A DNA stretch of 64,000 nt from an uncultured delta proteobacterium (GTDB lineage Bacteria > Desulfobacterota > Binatia > Binatales > Binataceae): assembly GCA_963747115.1 (NCBI GenBank), contig CAVVEB010000006.1, positions 138,115-202,114 of the forward strand, written 5' to 3'. The first letter of the stretch is position 1. The number at the start of each line of letters is the position of its first letter. The notes beneath the pieces were generated by a model. That model did not search any database. It was given only the letters and a program-made list of their open reading frames with translations, and had not been told where the DNA came from. Made by a program: the position numbers and the translations under genes. Of the stretch, positions 1 to 9,400 are shown piece by piece.

Positions 1-219
1 CGCGACGATTTCGCCGCTCACGGTTCCCGCAATCGAGATTCGCGCCGCGGTGATTCGCGCAGTTACTAGGGCGCCCGGCGCGATCAGGACTTCGTCGCCG
101 CTGATTTCTCCATCCACCTCACCGTCGATCCGTGCGGGTGCCTTGAAGAAGAGCTTTCCAGAGACCTTGGCGCCTTTACCGATTCTGGATTCGACCGACG
201 CCTCGCCATTGGTACTCAT
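1..219 (-). CDS. Bactofilin-family protein (N-terminal part; the gene runs off the left edge of the window)
   Basis: Not in the ORF track because it is open at the window edge. My minus-strand translation from the ATG at 217-219 gives MSTNGEASVESRIGKGAKVSGKLFFKAPARIDGEVDGEISGDEVLIAPGALVTARITAARISIAGTVSGEIVA. This short repetitive x-G-x-[IV] beta-helix pattern is typical of bactofilin/DUF583. A purine-rich SD-like GGGGGAGAGGG lies just upstream. The tracked ORF 50..316 (+) is its antisense shadow. Confidence 0.6.
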   Translation of the reverse strand, partial: MSTNGEASVESRIGKGAKVSGKLFFKAPARIDGEVDGEISGDEVLIAPGALVTARITAARISIAGTVSGEIVA

Positions 220-337
220 AAGTCCACCCTCTCCCCCCAGCGCGACGCTCAGTTCCGGGACAGCGGCGCAAACAGACCTTTGCGCGTATAACGTTGGTGG
301 GTCAAGATGGCGCTAACAGAGTCGAAGCGAGACTAAA

Positions 338-2239
338 GTGAGAGAATACGGACCAGAACGCCTCGCAGGCCAGGGACTCGATCCTAATCAGTACGAATCA
401 GGCGACAGGACCATCGCGGCCCTACTTGGCAACGTTCCCGCGCGCGACCAGGTAGATATCGTCGCCACTTGGCGCGATGATGCCTTCGAGGTGTGGGCGC
501 GTCGCGGCATGATCCGTTTCAAGCGCTATGCCGATGACGCCGGCAATCTCCATTTCGAGGTCGTCGAGCAGATCGGGGAAAATCCAATCGGGAATCAAGA
601 TCCGTTCGCCGTGTCCACGATTGAAGACGAGCTCCGCGCCAGCGCCGCGAGCGGCTATCCATCCGAGGATCCCAACTTCGCTTTTCTCGAGCCGCATACG
701 CTCACGCACCCGTTCGCTTACGAAAGAATCGCGCAACTATTCGACAGCCCGCGCGGTCCCGACCTCATAGTCAGCCCCAAGGCGTATGCCTACGGCGTGC
801 AGCCTGGACAGCATGGCGCGCTGGATGTCGTGCAGTCGCGGGCGCCATTGATTTTTTCGGGTCCCGGAGTGCGACCCGGCCGTCATCGAGTAGCAGCGCG
901 GCACGTGGATGTCGCGCCGACGATTGCGCATCGGATGGGCTTTCCCGAAATCGCCAGCCGTGGCCGTGACGGAGTTAAGCGCGATGGCGCCGCGGGCAAT
1001 TATCTGCCGCGCCAGGACGGACGGCCGTTACTGGAGATTTTCGAAAGCGGCGAGCCAAAGCGCCCGCGCGCCGTCTATATGATCCTGCTCGACGGCCTGT
1101 CGCATTCGGAATTGGTTCATCAGTTGGAAAATAATCCTTCTTCGATCCCGAACCTCGCGCACCTGGTAAAAACCGGCGCGATGCTTTCTCATGGATCGAC
1201 GGTAAACTTTCCGAGTATCACGTGGCCGAGTCACTCGACGATTCTGACCGGCTCCTGGTGCGGACATCACGACATCGTGAATCCGAGTTACTACGAACGC
1301 GAGCGCCGCGAGACGGTGCCGGTGCAAGGGATGGTGTTCGACACCGAGCGCTTTCTCAACCCGGAAGTCGAGACTCTCTACGAGGCGTTCAAGCGCGTGT
1401 ATGGCGCCGGTACGATCACTGCTTCGATTCACGAGCCGCAGGGACGCGGTGCCGACCACAACGTTTTCGAGAAGCGCATCGTCGGCGACAAGATTCGCCT
1501 CAAAGACCTCACGATCAAGCTGATGGAGGGTATCAGTCCGCGCTGGATGGCGGATGCAAAACCCGCGATGCATCGCGAGGAGGTCGTCGACATTCGCGGA
1601 ATGGCGCAGCTAATCAATCTCATGGAGCATTGCGGCGACGACACCCCGATGTTCGTCGCACACGAGTTCGTGCTGACTGACGGCGCCGGGCACGACTATG
1701 GTCCGCATCACGAGGGCCTGCGCGAGGCGCTGTATCGCACCGATGAGAGAATCGGAAATGTGCTCGAACTGATCCGTGCGCGCCGCCGCTTAGAATCGAC
1801 GCTGTTCGTGGTCACCTCTGATCACGGAATGGCGGCGCAACGGATCGAGCTCAAGGCGAATCCGACGGTCGAACCGGTGAAAGCGGGAATCAAGGGCGTG
1901 TTCACGGAGCCGATGATCTATCTGCGCGATCTTGCGGTTGAATGCACTCGCGCCAACGATCGAAGAACGATTCGAGTGGTGGTTCTCGCAAATGATGCGG
2001 CAGTCGATGGCGAACGGCCACCGATCGAGGGCGCGACCGTGAAGCTGCTCGATGGAGAAGGACGCACTATCGGCGAGCGTCTCACTTCGGCCGCGGGCAT
2101 CGCGGCATTTGCAACTCCGGGGAACCATCGCGACGAGGACCTGGTGTTAGCGGTGGAACATCCGGAATTCAACCCGCGCAACCTTCGCGCCACCGGCGAC
2201 TCAATCCGGCCCGACCTTCGTAAACTGCTCTATGGGTGA
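338..2239 (+). CDS. Alkaline-phosphatase-superfamily enzyme (nucleotide pyrophosphatase/phosphodiesterase-like) with a C-terminal beta-sandwich domain
   Basis: 633-aa ORF. Metal and nucleophile motifs of the AP/NPP superfamily are present: YMILLDGLSHSEL, FPSITWPSHSTILTGSWCGHHDIVNP, TDGAGHDYGPH, VVTSDHGM. The C-terminal IRVVVLANDA...GATVKLLDGEGRTIGERLTSAAGIAAF resembles a carboxypeptidase-regulatory-like fold. Confidence 0.7.
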   Translation: MREYGPERLAGQGLDPNQYESGDRTIAALLGNVPARDQVDIVATWRDDAFEVWARRGMIRFKRYADDAGNLHFEVVEQIGENPIGNQDPFAVSTIEDELRASAASGYPSEDPNFAFLEPHTLTHPFAYERIAQLFDSPRGPDLIVSPKAYAYGVQPGQHGALDVVQSRAPLIFSGPGVRPGRHRVAARHVDVAPTIAHRMGFPEIASRGRDGVKRDGAAGNYLPRQDGRPLLEIFESGEPKRPRAVYMILLDGLSHSELVHQLENNPSSIPNLAHLVKTGAMLSHGSTVNFPSITWPSHSTILTGSWCGHHDIVNPSYYERERRETVPVQGMVFDTERFLNPEVETLYEAFKRVYGAGTITASIHEPQGRGADHNVFEKRIVGDKIRLKDLTIKLMEGISPRWMADAKPAMHREEVVDIRGMAQLINLMEHCGDDTPMFVAHEFVLTDGAGHDYGPHHEGLREALYRTDERIGNVLELIRARRRLESTLFVVTSDHGMAAQRIELKANPTVEPVKAGIKGVFTEPMIYLRDLAVECTRANDRRTIRVVVLANDAAVDGERPPIEGATVKLLDGEGRTIGERLTSAAGIAAFATPGNHRDEDLVLAVEHPEFNPRNLRATGDSIRPDLRKLLYG

Positions 2240-2326
2240 TCTCGTCGCGAGAGAATCTCCGCTCACATCCGCGTCGATGTGCGAAACCTTCCATGATGCA
2301 CTGACAATGCGAGACGCGACGTAATC

Positions 2327-3741
2327 GTGCTGTTCAACTCGTATCAGTTTAGTTTTGGGTTTCTTCCCATTGTTCTGATCGTGTTCGGATTGCTGGCGGT
2401 GACGGACCTGCGGCGCGGCGCTGGCGTCTTTTTGATCTTCGCCTCGTTTTTCTTCTACGCTTACTGGGACTGGCGGTATCTGTTCCTGTTTGGCTTCTCG
2501 ATCGTCTTCAACTTTCTGTGGGCGTCGCGCTTAACCCCTGGTTTGGACGGCGATGGATCTTCCGTTAGATCGCGGCGGCTTCGGTTGGGAATCGGAATCG
2601 CGGTCAATCTGGCGATCCTGGGATTTTTCAAGTATCGAAACTTCGTGGTGGGTAGCATCGGTGCGGCAGCCGGGCATGATTGGAGATTGCCGCCGCTCGT
2701 GCTGCCGCTGGCAATTTCGTTCTTCACCTTCGAACAGATCACCTATCTGAAGACCGCCTATGAAGGTGCGCCGGGAACGCGCGATTTCCTGAGCTACTGC
2801 ATGTTCATTACGTTCTTCCCACATCTGATTGCCGGTCCGATCGTTCGCTACCAGGAGATCTATCCGCAGTTCAATCGCGATACGAAATTTACCCTGAGCG
2901 CGGTCAATCTTTCCGCGGGGCTAATGATTTTCGCGATCGGCCTTTTCAAGAAGGTGATAATCGCCGATTATTTTCGCGTCATAGTCAATCCGCTATTCGA
3001 TAAGGTACCGAGCCTTTCGATTTTTCGACGCGTGGGGCGCGACTCCTCGCTTTTTCGCTCGAAATCTATTTCGATTTTTCCGGATACTCGGATATGGCTA
3101 TCGGTCTGGCCCGGATGTTCGGCGTCAAATTTCCGGAAAATTTCGATTCTCCGTACCAATCACGCGATGTGATCCAGTTCTGGCGCAAATGGCACATGAC
3201 GCTCTCGTTCTTCCTGCGCGACTACCTGTATATACCGCTGGGAGGAAACCGCAGCGGTGAACTGCGCCGTCACCTTAACCTCTTCATCACGATGCTGCTG
3301 GGGGGCTTGTGGCACGGGGCGAGCTGGACCTTCGTAATCTGGGGCGCGCTGCATGGGGTTTTCCTTTCGATAAATCATGTGTGGAGCAAATCGAAGCGCA
3401 CGCTACCGCCCGGAGTCGGATGGACCCTGACGTTCATTCTGGTGACGATCGCGTGGGTATTTTTTCGCGCGCCGGATTTTTCGCGCGCCGGTACGTTTCT
3501 TCGCGCGATGGCCGGACTGTCCGGTTTCGGGTGGAACCAGGGCCGAAGATCCATCGGAGGAAACGAGTTGCGCCATATTGTCGCCGGGCTGGCAATCGCT
3601 CTGTTTTGCCCTAACCGGCAACGGATTATAGGCGCGGAATGGAGGAGCGATTACCTTTATGCGTTCGCGTTCGGGATGCTCGCGGTCGTCAGCATCATGA
3701 GTATGGCGAATCCGCCCACATTCATTTACTTCCAGTTTTAG
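2327..3741 (+). pseudogene. MBOAT-family membrane O-acyltransferase (AlgI/DltB/PatA-like), frame broken twice at about 3021-3046
   Basis: ORFs 2327..3172 and 3094..3741 are the N- and C-halves of one MBOAT protein. The N-terminus is MLFNSYQFSFGFLP; the C-half carries YFDFSGYSDMAIGLARMFGVKFPENFDSPYQSRDVIQFWRKWHMTLSFFLRDYLYIPLGGNR...GLWHGASW. Removing one T from the T5 run at 3021-3025 and one C at 3043-3046 restores the canonical ...SLSIFDAWGATLAFSLEIYFDFSGYSDMAIG. Confidence 0.8.
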
Positions 3742-3757
3742 TCTTGAGCCCGCGATT

Positions 3758-4939
3758 GTGAGACGCCGCCTCGCTCTCATGTTCGCCGCTTCGACGGTTC
3801 TCGTGGCGCTGGTCGCAACTAGCAACTACCTCGTGAACCCATACGGAGCGTTCCCGATCCAGCTTTTCAGCCCAATCTTTCGCAAGATCAAGCAGGAACG
3901 GCTGGTGACTCCATATCTGATCCGGACCGCGCGGCCTGACACTCTTCTGATCGGCAGTTCGCGGGTACTGATGGGAATCCCGATTCCGCAAGGGGTGCGC
4001 GACGGAGTGATGAACGCCGCGATTGCCGCCGGCACCATGGAGCAACTTTGCGCCGTGATCCGGCTCGCCGTCGAAAATCCGAAGCTCACGGAAATCATAT
4101 GGGGCGTCGATTTTTTTGTCTTCGACAAAAACTGGAACAAAGACGATCCGCAGTTCGATCTGAGAATCAGAAACAGTCTCGGACAAAAGCTTGAAGACTC
4201 GATTATCTCAGCCTCGGCCTTCAACGATAGCCGCAACTACCTGAAGCGAGCGATCGACGGCCGCGCAGATCTGCCGCGCACGTCGACCGCCGACATTCCA
4301 TGGCCACCCGCGCTCATTTGCGGCGATTTCGAGGCCAGCCACAACGCAGGATTGGTCTCGACCGCGCCATCCGCGATTCAGCATCAGCTGACCGACGACG
4401 TCCCCAATTACGCGAACTATCAATTCTCGCAACAATTTTTCGAGATGTTCCGCGACACCGTGAACCTCGCGCGCGCACGCGGCATCCGCGTGATTATGTT
4501 CGTGCCACCGCTCAATCAATATGAGCTCGAGATGATCCGCCAGAGTGGCCGATGGGAACAGTTTCGGAACTGGAAGCGCATGCTTACGACGATCGGCCCC
4601 TACCTGGATTTCTCCGGCTATAACGAGTTCTCGCAATCGGACTGGATGTTCATGCACCTGATGCATTTCAAAGTCGCCGTTGGCGAAACCATGCTGAGGA
4701 TTCTTATGGGTCAGCCGCTCGAAACCTGCGGTTCGATGCCCGCGATCGTGATGCGTAGCGCGATGCGCGTAGATGCAGACTCCATCGACCAGGTGTTGCA
4801 GGAGCAGGAGCGTATGCGCGGCGCCCTCGCCGACGACGATTCGCGTTACACGCGTATGGTGGCGGCAGCCTTGGCGCGGCGCCGTGGCACTGCGGAACCC
4901 GGCGCTTCGCGGTCAAGTAAAAGCTCCCCGAGCGCGTGA
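3758..4939 (+). CDS. Membrane-anchored DltD/AlgX-like (SGNH-type) protein, probable partner of the MBOAT acyltransferase
   Basis: 393-aa ORF 17 nt downstream of the MBOAT gene. It has an N-terminal TM anchor (LALMFAASTVLVALVATS) and a LLIGSSRV segment resembling the DltD GSS nucleophile region. The call rests mainly on the conserved MBOAT-plus-SGNH-partner gene arrangement. Confidence 0.45.
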   Translation: MRRRLALMFAASTVLVALVATSNYLVNPYGAFPIQLFSPIFRKIKQERLVTPYLIRTARPDTLLIGSSRVLMGIPIPQGVRDGVMNAAIAAGTMEQLCAVIRLAVENPKLTEIIWGVDFFVFDKNWNKDDPQFDLRIRNSLGQKLEDSIISASAFNDSRNYLKRAIDGRADLPRTSTADIPWPPALICGDFEASHNAGLVSTAPSAIQHQLTDDVPNYANYQFSQQFFEMFRDTVNLARARGIRVIMFVPPLNQYELEMIRQSGRWEQFRNWKRMLTTIGPYLDFSGYNEFSQSDWMFMHLMHFKVAVGETMLRILMGQPLETCGSMPAIVMRSAMRVDADSIDQVLQEQERMRGALADDDSRYTRMVAAALARRRGTAEPGASRSSKSSPSA

Positions 4940-4983
4940 GGCGGGTTTCCAGGCCGCATGGTCGTGTGGTTAAGTACGCGATT

Positions 4984-6342
4984 ATGGCATCGATCACCTT
5001 TCCCAAAAATTTTCTGTGGGGCACCGCGAGCGCTTCGTATCAGATTGAGGGAGCGTGGAATGACGATGGCAAGGGCGAATCGATCTGGGATCGTTTTTCG
5101 CACACGCCCTCCACGATAAAGAACGGCGACACCGGCGACGTCGCGTGCGATTTCTACCATCGCTATCGCGAGGATATCGCCTTGATGGCTGAACTGGGAT
5201 TGAGCGCCGCGCGAATCTCGCTCAGCTGGCCGCGGATCATTCCGGGTGGAACTGGCGCCGTCAATTCCAAAGCGATCGACTTCTACAACCGCGTCATCGA
5301 CGAACTGCTCAAGCACAACATTGCGCCTTTCGTCACCCTCTATCATTGGGACCTTCCCCAAGCGCTGCAAGATCACGGAGGCTGGCCGAATCGCGATCTG
5401 GCAAAGTATTTCGGCGACTATGCCACAATCGTCGCGAAGAGCTTCGGCGATCGCGTGAAGCATTGGATGGCGTTCAACGAGCCGTGGGTATTTACCGTAC
5501 TCGGCTACCTGATCGGCATCCACGCGCCGGGACATCGCGATCGCCACGCCGCGATGCGAGCGACGCACGTAGTCAACCTCGCGCAGGGGCTCGCGGTGCG
5601 TGCGATCCGGGACAACAGCAAACCCGCGATGGTCGGTACCGCGTTCAGCATGCAGCCGATTCATCCGAAGACCGATTCCGCCGAGGATCGCAAGGCCGCC
5701 GAACGGTATCATCGCTTCAACAACATCTGGTTTCTCGAGCCGGTGATGAAGGGCCGCTACCCGGAAATTTTCCTCGAGGGACGTACCGAGGAATGGCTGG
5801 ATATTCGGCCCGGCGATATGCAAATCGTTGAAGCGCCGCTGGATTTCATCGGTATCAATCTCTACACCCGAATGACGATCGCGCATGACCCGCATGACCG
5901 GATGATGGGCACGCATCCTGCCCGACATAGCGAAGAGAACGAAAAGACAGATTTTGGATGGGAGATCTATCCGAAGGCGCTTTCGGAAATGATTCTGCGC
6001 ATTTCGCGCGAGTACCCCGAGATCCCGATTTATGTCACGGAGAACGGCTGCTCGTATGGCGAATCGCCCGAGGCCGACGGAAAAGTTCGCGATCAGCGCC
6101 GAATTCGCTTCCTGCGCGGATATATCGCAGAGATGGGGCGCGCAATCGCGCAGGGCGCCGATGTCCGCGGGTACTTCCACTGGACCTTCACCGACAACTT
6201 CGAATGGGGCGAGGGTTTCGCGCAACGATTCGGAATCGTCTATTGCGATTTCAAATCGCTAGCCAGGACCGTGAAGGAAAGTGGTTACTGGTACTCGCAA
6301 CTCGCTCGCACCAACGTCCTCGATCTGGATTCGCGCGAGTAA
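4984..6342 (+). CDS. Glycoside hydrolase family 1 beta-glucosidase
   Basis: GH1 signatures: FPKNFLWGTASASYQIEGAWNDDGKGESIWDRFSHTP, TLYHWDLPQALQDHGGW, acid/base FNEPWV, nucleophile YVTENG. I place the start at the ATG at 4984 (MASITFPKNF) rather than the track start at 4936. Confidence 0.9.
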   Translation: MASITFPKNFLWGTASASYQIEGAWNDDGKGESIWDRFSHTPSTIKNGDTGDVACDFYHRYREDIALMAELGLSAARISLSWPRIIPGGTGAVNSKAIDFYNRVIDELLKHNIAPFVTLYHWDLPQALQDHGGWPNRDLAKYFGDYATIVAKSFGDRVKHWMAFNEPWVFTVLGYLIGIHAPGHRDRHAAMRATHVVNLAQGLAVRAIRDNSKPAMVGTAFSMQPIHPKTDSAEDRKAAERYHRFNNIWFLEPVMKGRYPEIFLEGRTEEWLDIRPGDMQIVEAPLDFIGINLYTRMTIAHDPHDRMMGTHPARHSEENEKTDFGWEIYPKALSEMILRISREYPEIPIYVTENGCSYGESPEADGKVRDQRRIRFLRGYIAEMGRAIAQGADVRGYFHWTFTDNFEWGEGFAQRFGIVYCDFKSLARTVKESGYWYSQLARTNVLDLDSRE

Positions 6343-6363
6343 CGACCGCCCGAACCGTCGCAA

Positions 6364-6972
6364 ATGGACAGCGCCAGTTTATTGATTTGGGTTCATGTGC
6401 TGGCGATGTCGGCGTACTTCGGGGTGCAATTCGCCGTCATCTACATGTTGTTGCCGGTCGCGGAACAGTCGGGCAATGATGCTCAGCGCCGGACCGCGCT
6501 GATCACGGGATTCAAATTCTACAATCCATTTACGATCGCGATGCTCGGCATTGTGGTCGTAACCGGTGCGATGCGCTTGACCGACGTTAAAGCCGAAATG
6601 AAGTTCGAGTACTTCAGCCGTATCTGGGCCGCGCTGTCGCTGAAACTGGGACTCGCCTTTCTGCTCATCTTCATCCAGACCTACATCACGTTCGGGCTGG
6701 CGTTCAGGATAGGGCGGCAGGAAGAGGTTGCCGCGCATGGCGACGGCGAGCCATTTTCCGTCGAGCGATTGAACTCCATGCTGGCGCGCATTCGCGCCAT
6801 GATCTGGGTCACAATCTTGCTCACCGCCGCGGTCATCTTTGTCTCTCTTACCTTCATGAAGCGCGCGGTAAGCGAAACCGCAAGCGCTTCCGCCGACGCA
6901 CTGATCGTGCCGGTAAATCAACCGGAGGCGATCATGGCGCCGATTCAGTACCGCTTAGGCAAGACCGAATAG
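6364..6972 (+). CDS. Integral membrane protein of unknown function (4-5 predicted TM helices)
   Basis: 202-aa ORF with several hydrophobic stretches (LLIWVHVLAMSAYFGVQFAVIYMLL, FTIAMLGIVVVTGAM, LGLAFLLIFIQTYITFGLAF, MIWVTILLTAAVIFVSLTF). No family recognised with confidence. Confidence 0.4.
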   Translation: MDSASLLIWVHVLAMSAYFGVQFAVIYMLLPVAEQSGNDAQRRTALITGFKFYNPFTIAMLGIVVVTGAMRLTDVKAEMKFEYFSRIWAALSLKLGLAFLLIFIQTYITFGLAFRIGRQEEVAAHGDGEPFSVERLNSMLARIRAMIWVTILLTAAVIFVSLTFMKRAVSETASASADALIVPVNQPEAIMAPIQYRLGKTE

Positions 6973-7143
6973 AGCGGTAACGATCCACGCCAGGGTCAGC
7001 AGCCCAAAGACCACCCCGGGCAGTTCGTTCAACATCGCGTACTGGGCGCGATGCATCGCCTCGCCAACCTGCTCGTCGTTTCTCCCGAACCCGGAAATCG
7101 TGGTTTCATTGATATTCGCGTTCATGTCAGCCTCCTCGGTCAA
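6955..7143 (-). CDS. Small tail-anchored membrane protein, unknown function
   Basis: 62-aa ORF with a polar N-terminus and one C-terminal TM helix (LPGVVFGLLTLAWIVTALFGLA). It is convergent with, and slightly overlaps, the end of 6364..6972. Confidence 0.3.
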   Translation of the reverse strand: MTEEADMNANINETTISGFGRNDEQVGEAMHRAQYAMLNELPGVVFGLLTLAWIVTALFGLA

Positions 7144-7444
7144 TCTCGTCGAGGGACTTTAAAGCAAATCAGATGCCATCAAGACTGACCTATTTCACTA
7201 ATGGAATATTGAAGCGAAATTCGCAGGCGAGTCCGGTTTCTGGTAATCTTTGGCTTGAAATTAAAGGATATTTGCCCTGCAAGCGGCTTTTTCGCGTTTT
7301 GCAGGAGGTAATGAAGTTGGACGCGCTTCGCAAAAACTCTCGCAGTTCGCGAAATGCGCAGCTTCTGGACTGCAGCGCGATTACTGCTAACACGTCGGTG
7401 TAGACCGCTATCTTTAGGATCCAGCTTCTGAGAGATTTTTCACA

Positions 7445-8233
7445 ATGGCTGATGGCGCGAATGTGAATCCGAGTGAGGCGCCGAAGAAGTCGACCGGACC
7501 ACTGGTCGAGCCGGCCACCGGACCCCTCGCATCGATCGACCGGGCCGAAGTTGAGCCGATCCCCGCGAGCCTTCCGGACCGCAATTTGATTATGCGCCTC
7601 GCGGAGCTGTTGATTTTCATGGTCGCGGTGGTCGGCGCGGTCGCGCTCGGTCTGGCCATCACCAGTTATTTTACCGAGCACCCTTATATCGGGGCCTACC
7701 TGCTCGCGTACGGTGGTTTTCGATGCGCCGATCTGCTGGTGCGCGAAGACTATGCTCCGGACCCTTCGCCCGAGTCTCTGACCCAACGCCTTTCCGATCA
7801 GATTCCGGTCCTGTTGCTTTTTTTCGCCGCGCCATTCGAGCGGACGTATTTTTACGGTGGTGAGGCCCCGCGCTGGATCAGTGCGCTTGCGCTCGCGATG
7901 GAGCTGGCGGGTCTGTGGATCGCGCTGGGCGCGCGCATCCAGCTGGGCTTTTTCTCATGGGAGCGGCGCGACGGTATCGAGCAACGGGTGCTGGTTCGCC
8001 GCGGGTTTTATCGATTCATCAGGAATCCGGCGTATGCGGGACTCTTCCTCGCGTTCATCGCATGGCCGATCGCATATGGCGCGCCCATTTCCGCGATCCT
8101 CACGATCGTCATCGGCACTGTCGTGATTCGCCGCGCGATCCGGCGTGAAGAGAAAGAGTTACACGAGCGCTACGGCGAGGAGTACGCGCACTACCTGGAC
8201 GAGAGCGACGCGCTGATTCCGAATCTCTGGTGA
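7445..8233 (+). CDS. ICMT/PEMT-family membrane methyltransferase (isoprenylcysteine carboxyl / phospholipid methyltransferase-like)
   Basis: C-terminal signature VRRGFYRFIRNPAYAGLFLAFIAWPIAYG...RREEKELHERYGEEYAHYLDESDALIP is typical of this family. Several TM helices lie upstream. Confidence 0.7.
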   Translation: MADGANVNPSEAPKKSTGPLVEPATGPLASIDRAEVEPIPASLPDRNLIMRLAELLIFMVAVVGAVALGLAITSYFTEHPYIGAYLLAYGGFRCADLLVREDYAPDPSPESLTQRLSDQIPVLLLFFAAPFERTYFYGGEAPRWISALALAMELAGLWIALGARIQLGFFSWERRDGIEQRVLVRRGFYRFIRNPAYAGLFLAFIAWPIAYGAPISAILTIVIGTVVIRRAIRREEKELHERYGEEYAHYLDESDALIPNLW

Positions 8234-8251
8234 GTCCGCAGTCCCGATTTT

Positions 8252-9013
8252 CTATCTTCCCGGTTTGATGTGGGTTTCATAGTACGCGCGCATCGAGCGC
8301 AGCGCGCGCATCTGATGGTACGCGAGCTCGTCGTCCGGATAGCGATGTTCCGGCCCCAGTACACATCCCGCTCGCGCATGACATCGGGGTGTGCAGTCCG
8401 GTTCAGCCTCGACGCGATGAATCACGCATCCTGTAATGTCCCATCCTTTGGGGAAACTCACTGCGTTGACTGGACACGCGGGGATGCAGCTCTTCGCGGT
8501 GCATGAGGGACATGGATCGAATCCGAATGCCTCTCCGGGGGCGTCGAGAGCTTGGTCGATCAAAATCGCGGCACGAAAAGCGATCCATGGTCCATAGGTC
8601 GGATGCACCATGACGCCGAGGATGCTCGGGCCGCTGAGGCCGGCCGCCTTCCCAGCTTCCATAAAGTTGAGCGTGGGCCCATTGTTCATGAAGGGATAAA
8701 CGATAGTGCGAACAACTTGCGACTGCGCCAAAGCAGCGTCGATGTCGCGCTCGACGACGAGGCGGGTAAAGTCATCGAGAGGATTGTCGCGAGTCATCCA
8801 TCCGGGATGGTCATCGAGGTGGCGTTTGAATGCGCTCCAGAATGCGCCGCCTCCATTGCCGATCACGATGATCGACCGCGCATCGGCGGCAACCGCGCTC
8901 GCCCGATATGCCGGCGCTACCGTGGCGTCATAGCGCCCTACCGCGGTCGCGGCGACGAGGTTCAACCCGCTTTTCGCACCGGCGGAGCGGATCGCGCTCA
9001 GTATAGAGTTCAC
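8252..9013 (-). CDS. Fe-S protein related to the epoxyqueuosine reductase / reductive dehalogenase family
   Basis: 253 aa. HPTYGPWIAFRAAILID resembles the QueG core. The Cys-rich C-terminus CPSCTAKSCIPACPVNAV...GCVIHRVEAEPDCTPRCHARAGC looks like a ferredoxin-type cluster module. Confidence 0.45.
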   Translation of the reverse strand: MNSILSAIRSAGAKSGLNLVAATAVGRYDATVAPAYRASAVAADARSIIVIGNGGGAFWSAFKRHLDDHPGWMTRDNPLDDFTRLVVERDIDAALAQSQVVRTIVYPFMNNGPTLNFMEAGKAAGLSGPSILGVMVHPTYGPWIAFRAAILIDQALDAPGEAFGFDPCPSCTAKSCIPACPVNAVSFPKGWDITGCVIHRVEAEPDCTPRCHARAGCVLGPEHRYPDDELAYHQMRALRSMRAYYETHIKPGR

Positions 9014-9028
9014 TCATCAAGTTCTAAC

Positions 9029-9066
9029 ATAAAAGAATCGCGCGAGGCTCGCGCCCCGCGCGATTC
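9029..9066 (-). terminator. Probable intrinsic terminator after the UPF0391 gene
   Basis: Perfect 10-bp inverted repeat GAATCGCGCG (9035-9044) / CGCGCGATTC (9057-9066) with a 12-nt loop. On the minus strand it is followed by TTTTAT. Confidence 0.5.
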
Positions 9067-9127
9067 CGACACAATTCAGATTGACGCGAATTTATTCTGC
9101 TGCGCCTGGCAGTCCCGGGTTCGGGGC

Positions 9128-9289
9128 TCAGACTGCTCTTCGGCCGGTGACCAGACCTACAAGGAACAGCACGACGAAGATAAAGAACAGTACCCTGGCG
9201 ATTTGTGAAGCTTCGCCAGCGATTCCTCCGAAGCCGAGAATTCCCGCGACAATCGCGACCACCAGAAAGACTAACGCGTAGTGCAGCAT
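9128..9289 (-). CDS. UPF0391 / DUF1328 small membrane protein
   Basis: Below the track's length cut-off. My translation is [53 protein letters not shown] (53 aa). This matches the highly conserved UPF0391 pattern ([26 protein letters not shown]...F). Confidence 0.75.
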   Translation of the reverse strand: MLHYALVFLVVAIVAGILGFGGIAGEASQIARVLFFIFVVLFLVGLVTGRRAV

Positions 9290-9400
9290 TTGATCACTCC
9301 ATCGTTTGAGAGGCGATGCGCCAAACGAACGCAGTACAAAGGGACGCGCCCTCGTAGATGGATAGACGAAGGCAAAGTGCCGAAATTCACCATAATCGAA

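Noticed and set aside
50-316. 88-aa plus-strand ORF at the window start
   Set aside because: The opposite strand encodes a convincing bactofilin N-terminus with an SD. The plus-strand product is Ser/Pro-rich low complexity.
4846-6225. 459-aa ORF on the minus strand
   Set aside because: It is entirely antisense to the well-supported GH1 beta-glucosidase. The product is Arg/Ala/Pro-rich with no motifs. This is a typical shadow ORF in GC-rich DNA.
7144-7444. 300-nt relatively AT-rich intergenic region with several small hairpins (GCGAA-TTCGC; CTGCAA...TTGCAG) and a 76-aa ORF (7173..7403)
   Set aside because: No match to any RNA family I can recognise by eye. The hairpins are short, and the ORF has no SD or sensible composition. 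It is probably just promoter or terminator space between a convergent pair and the methyltransferase gene.
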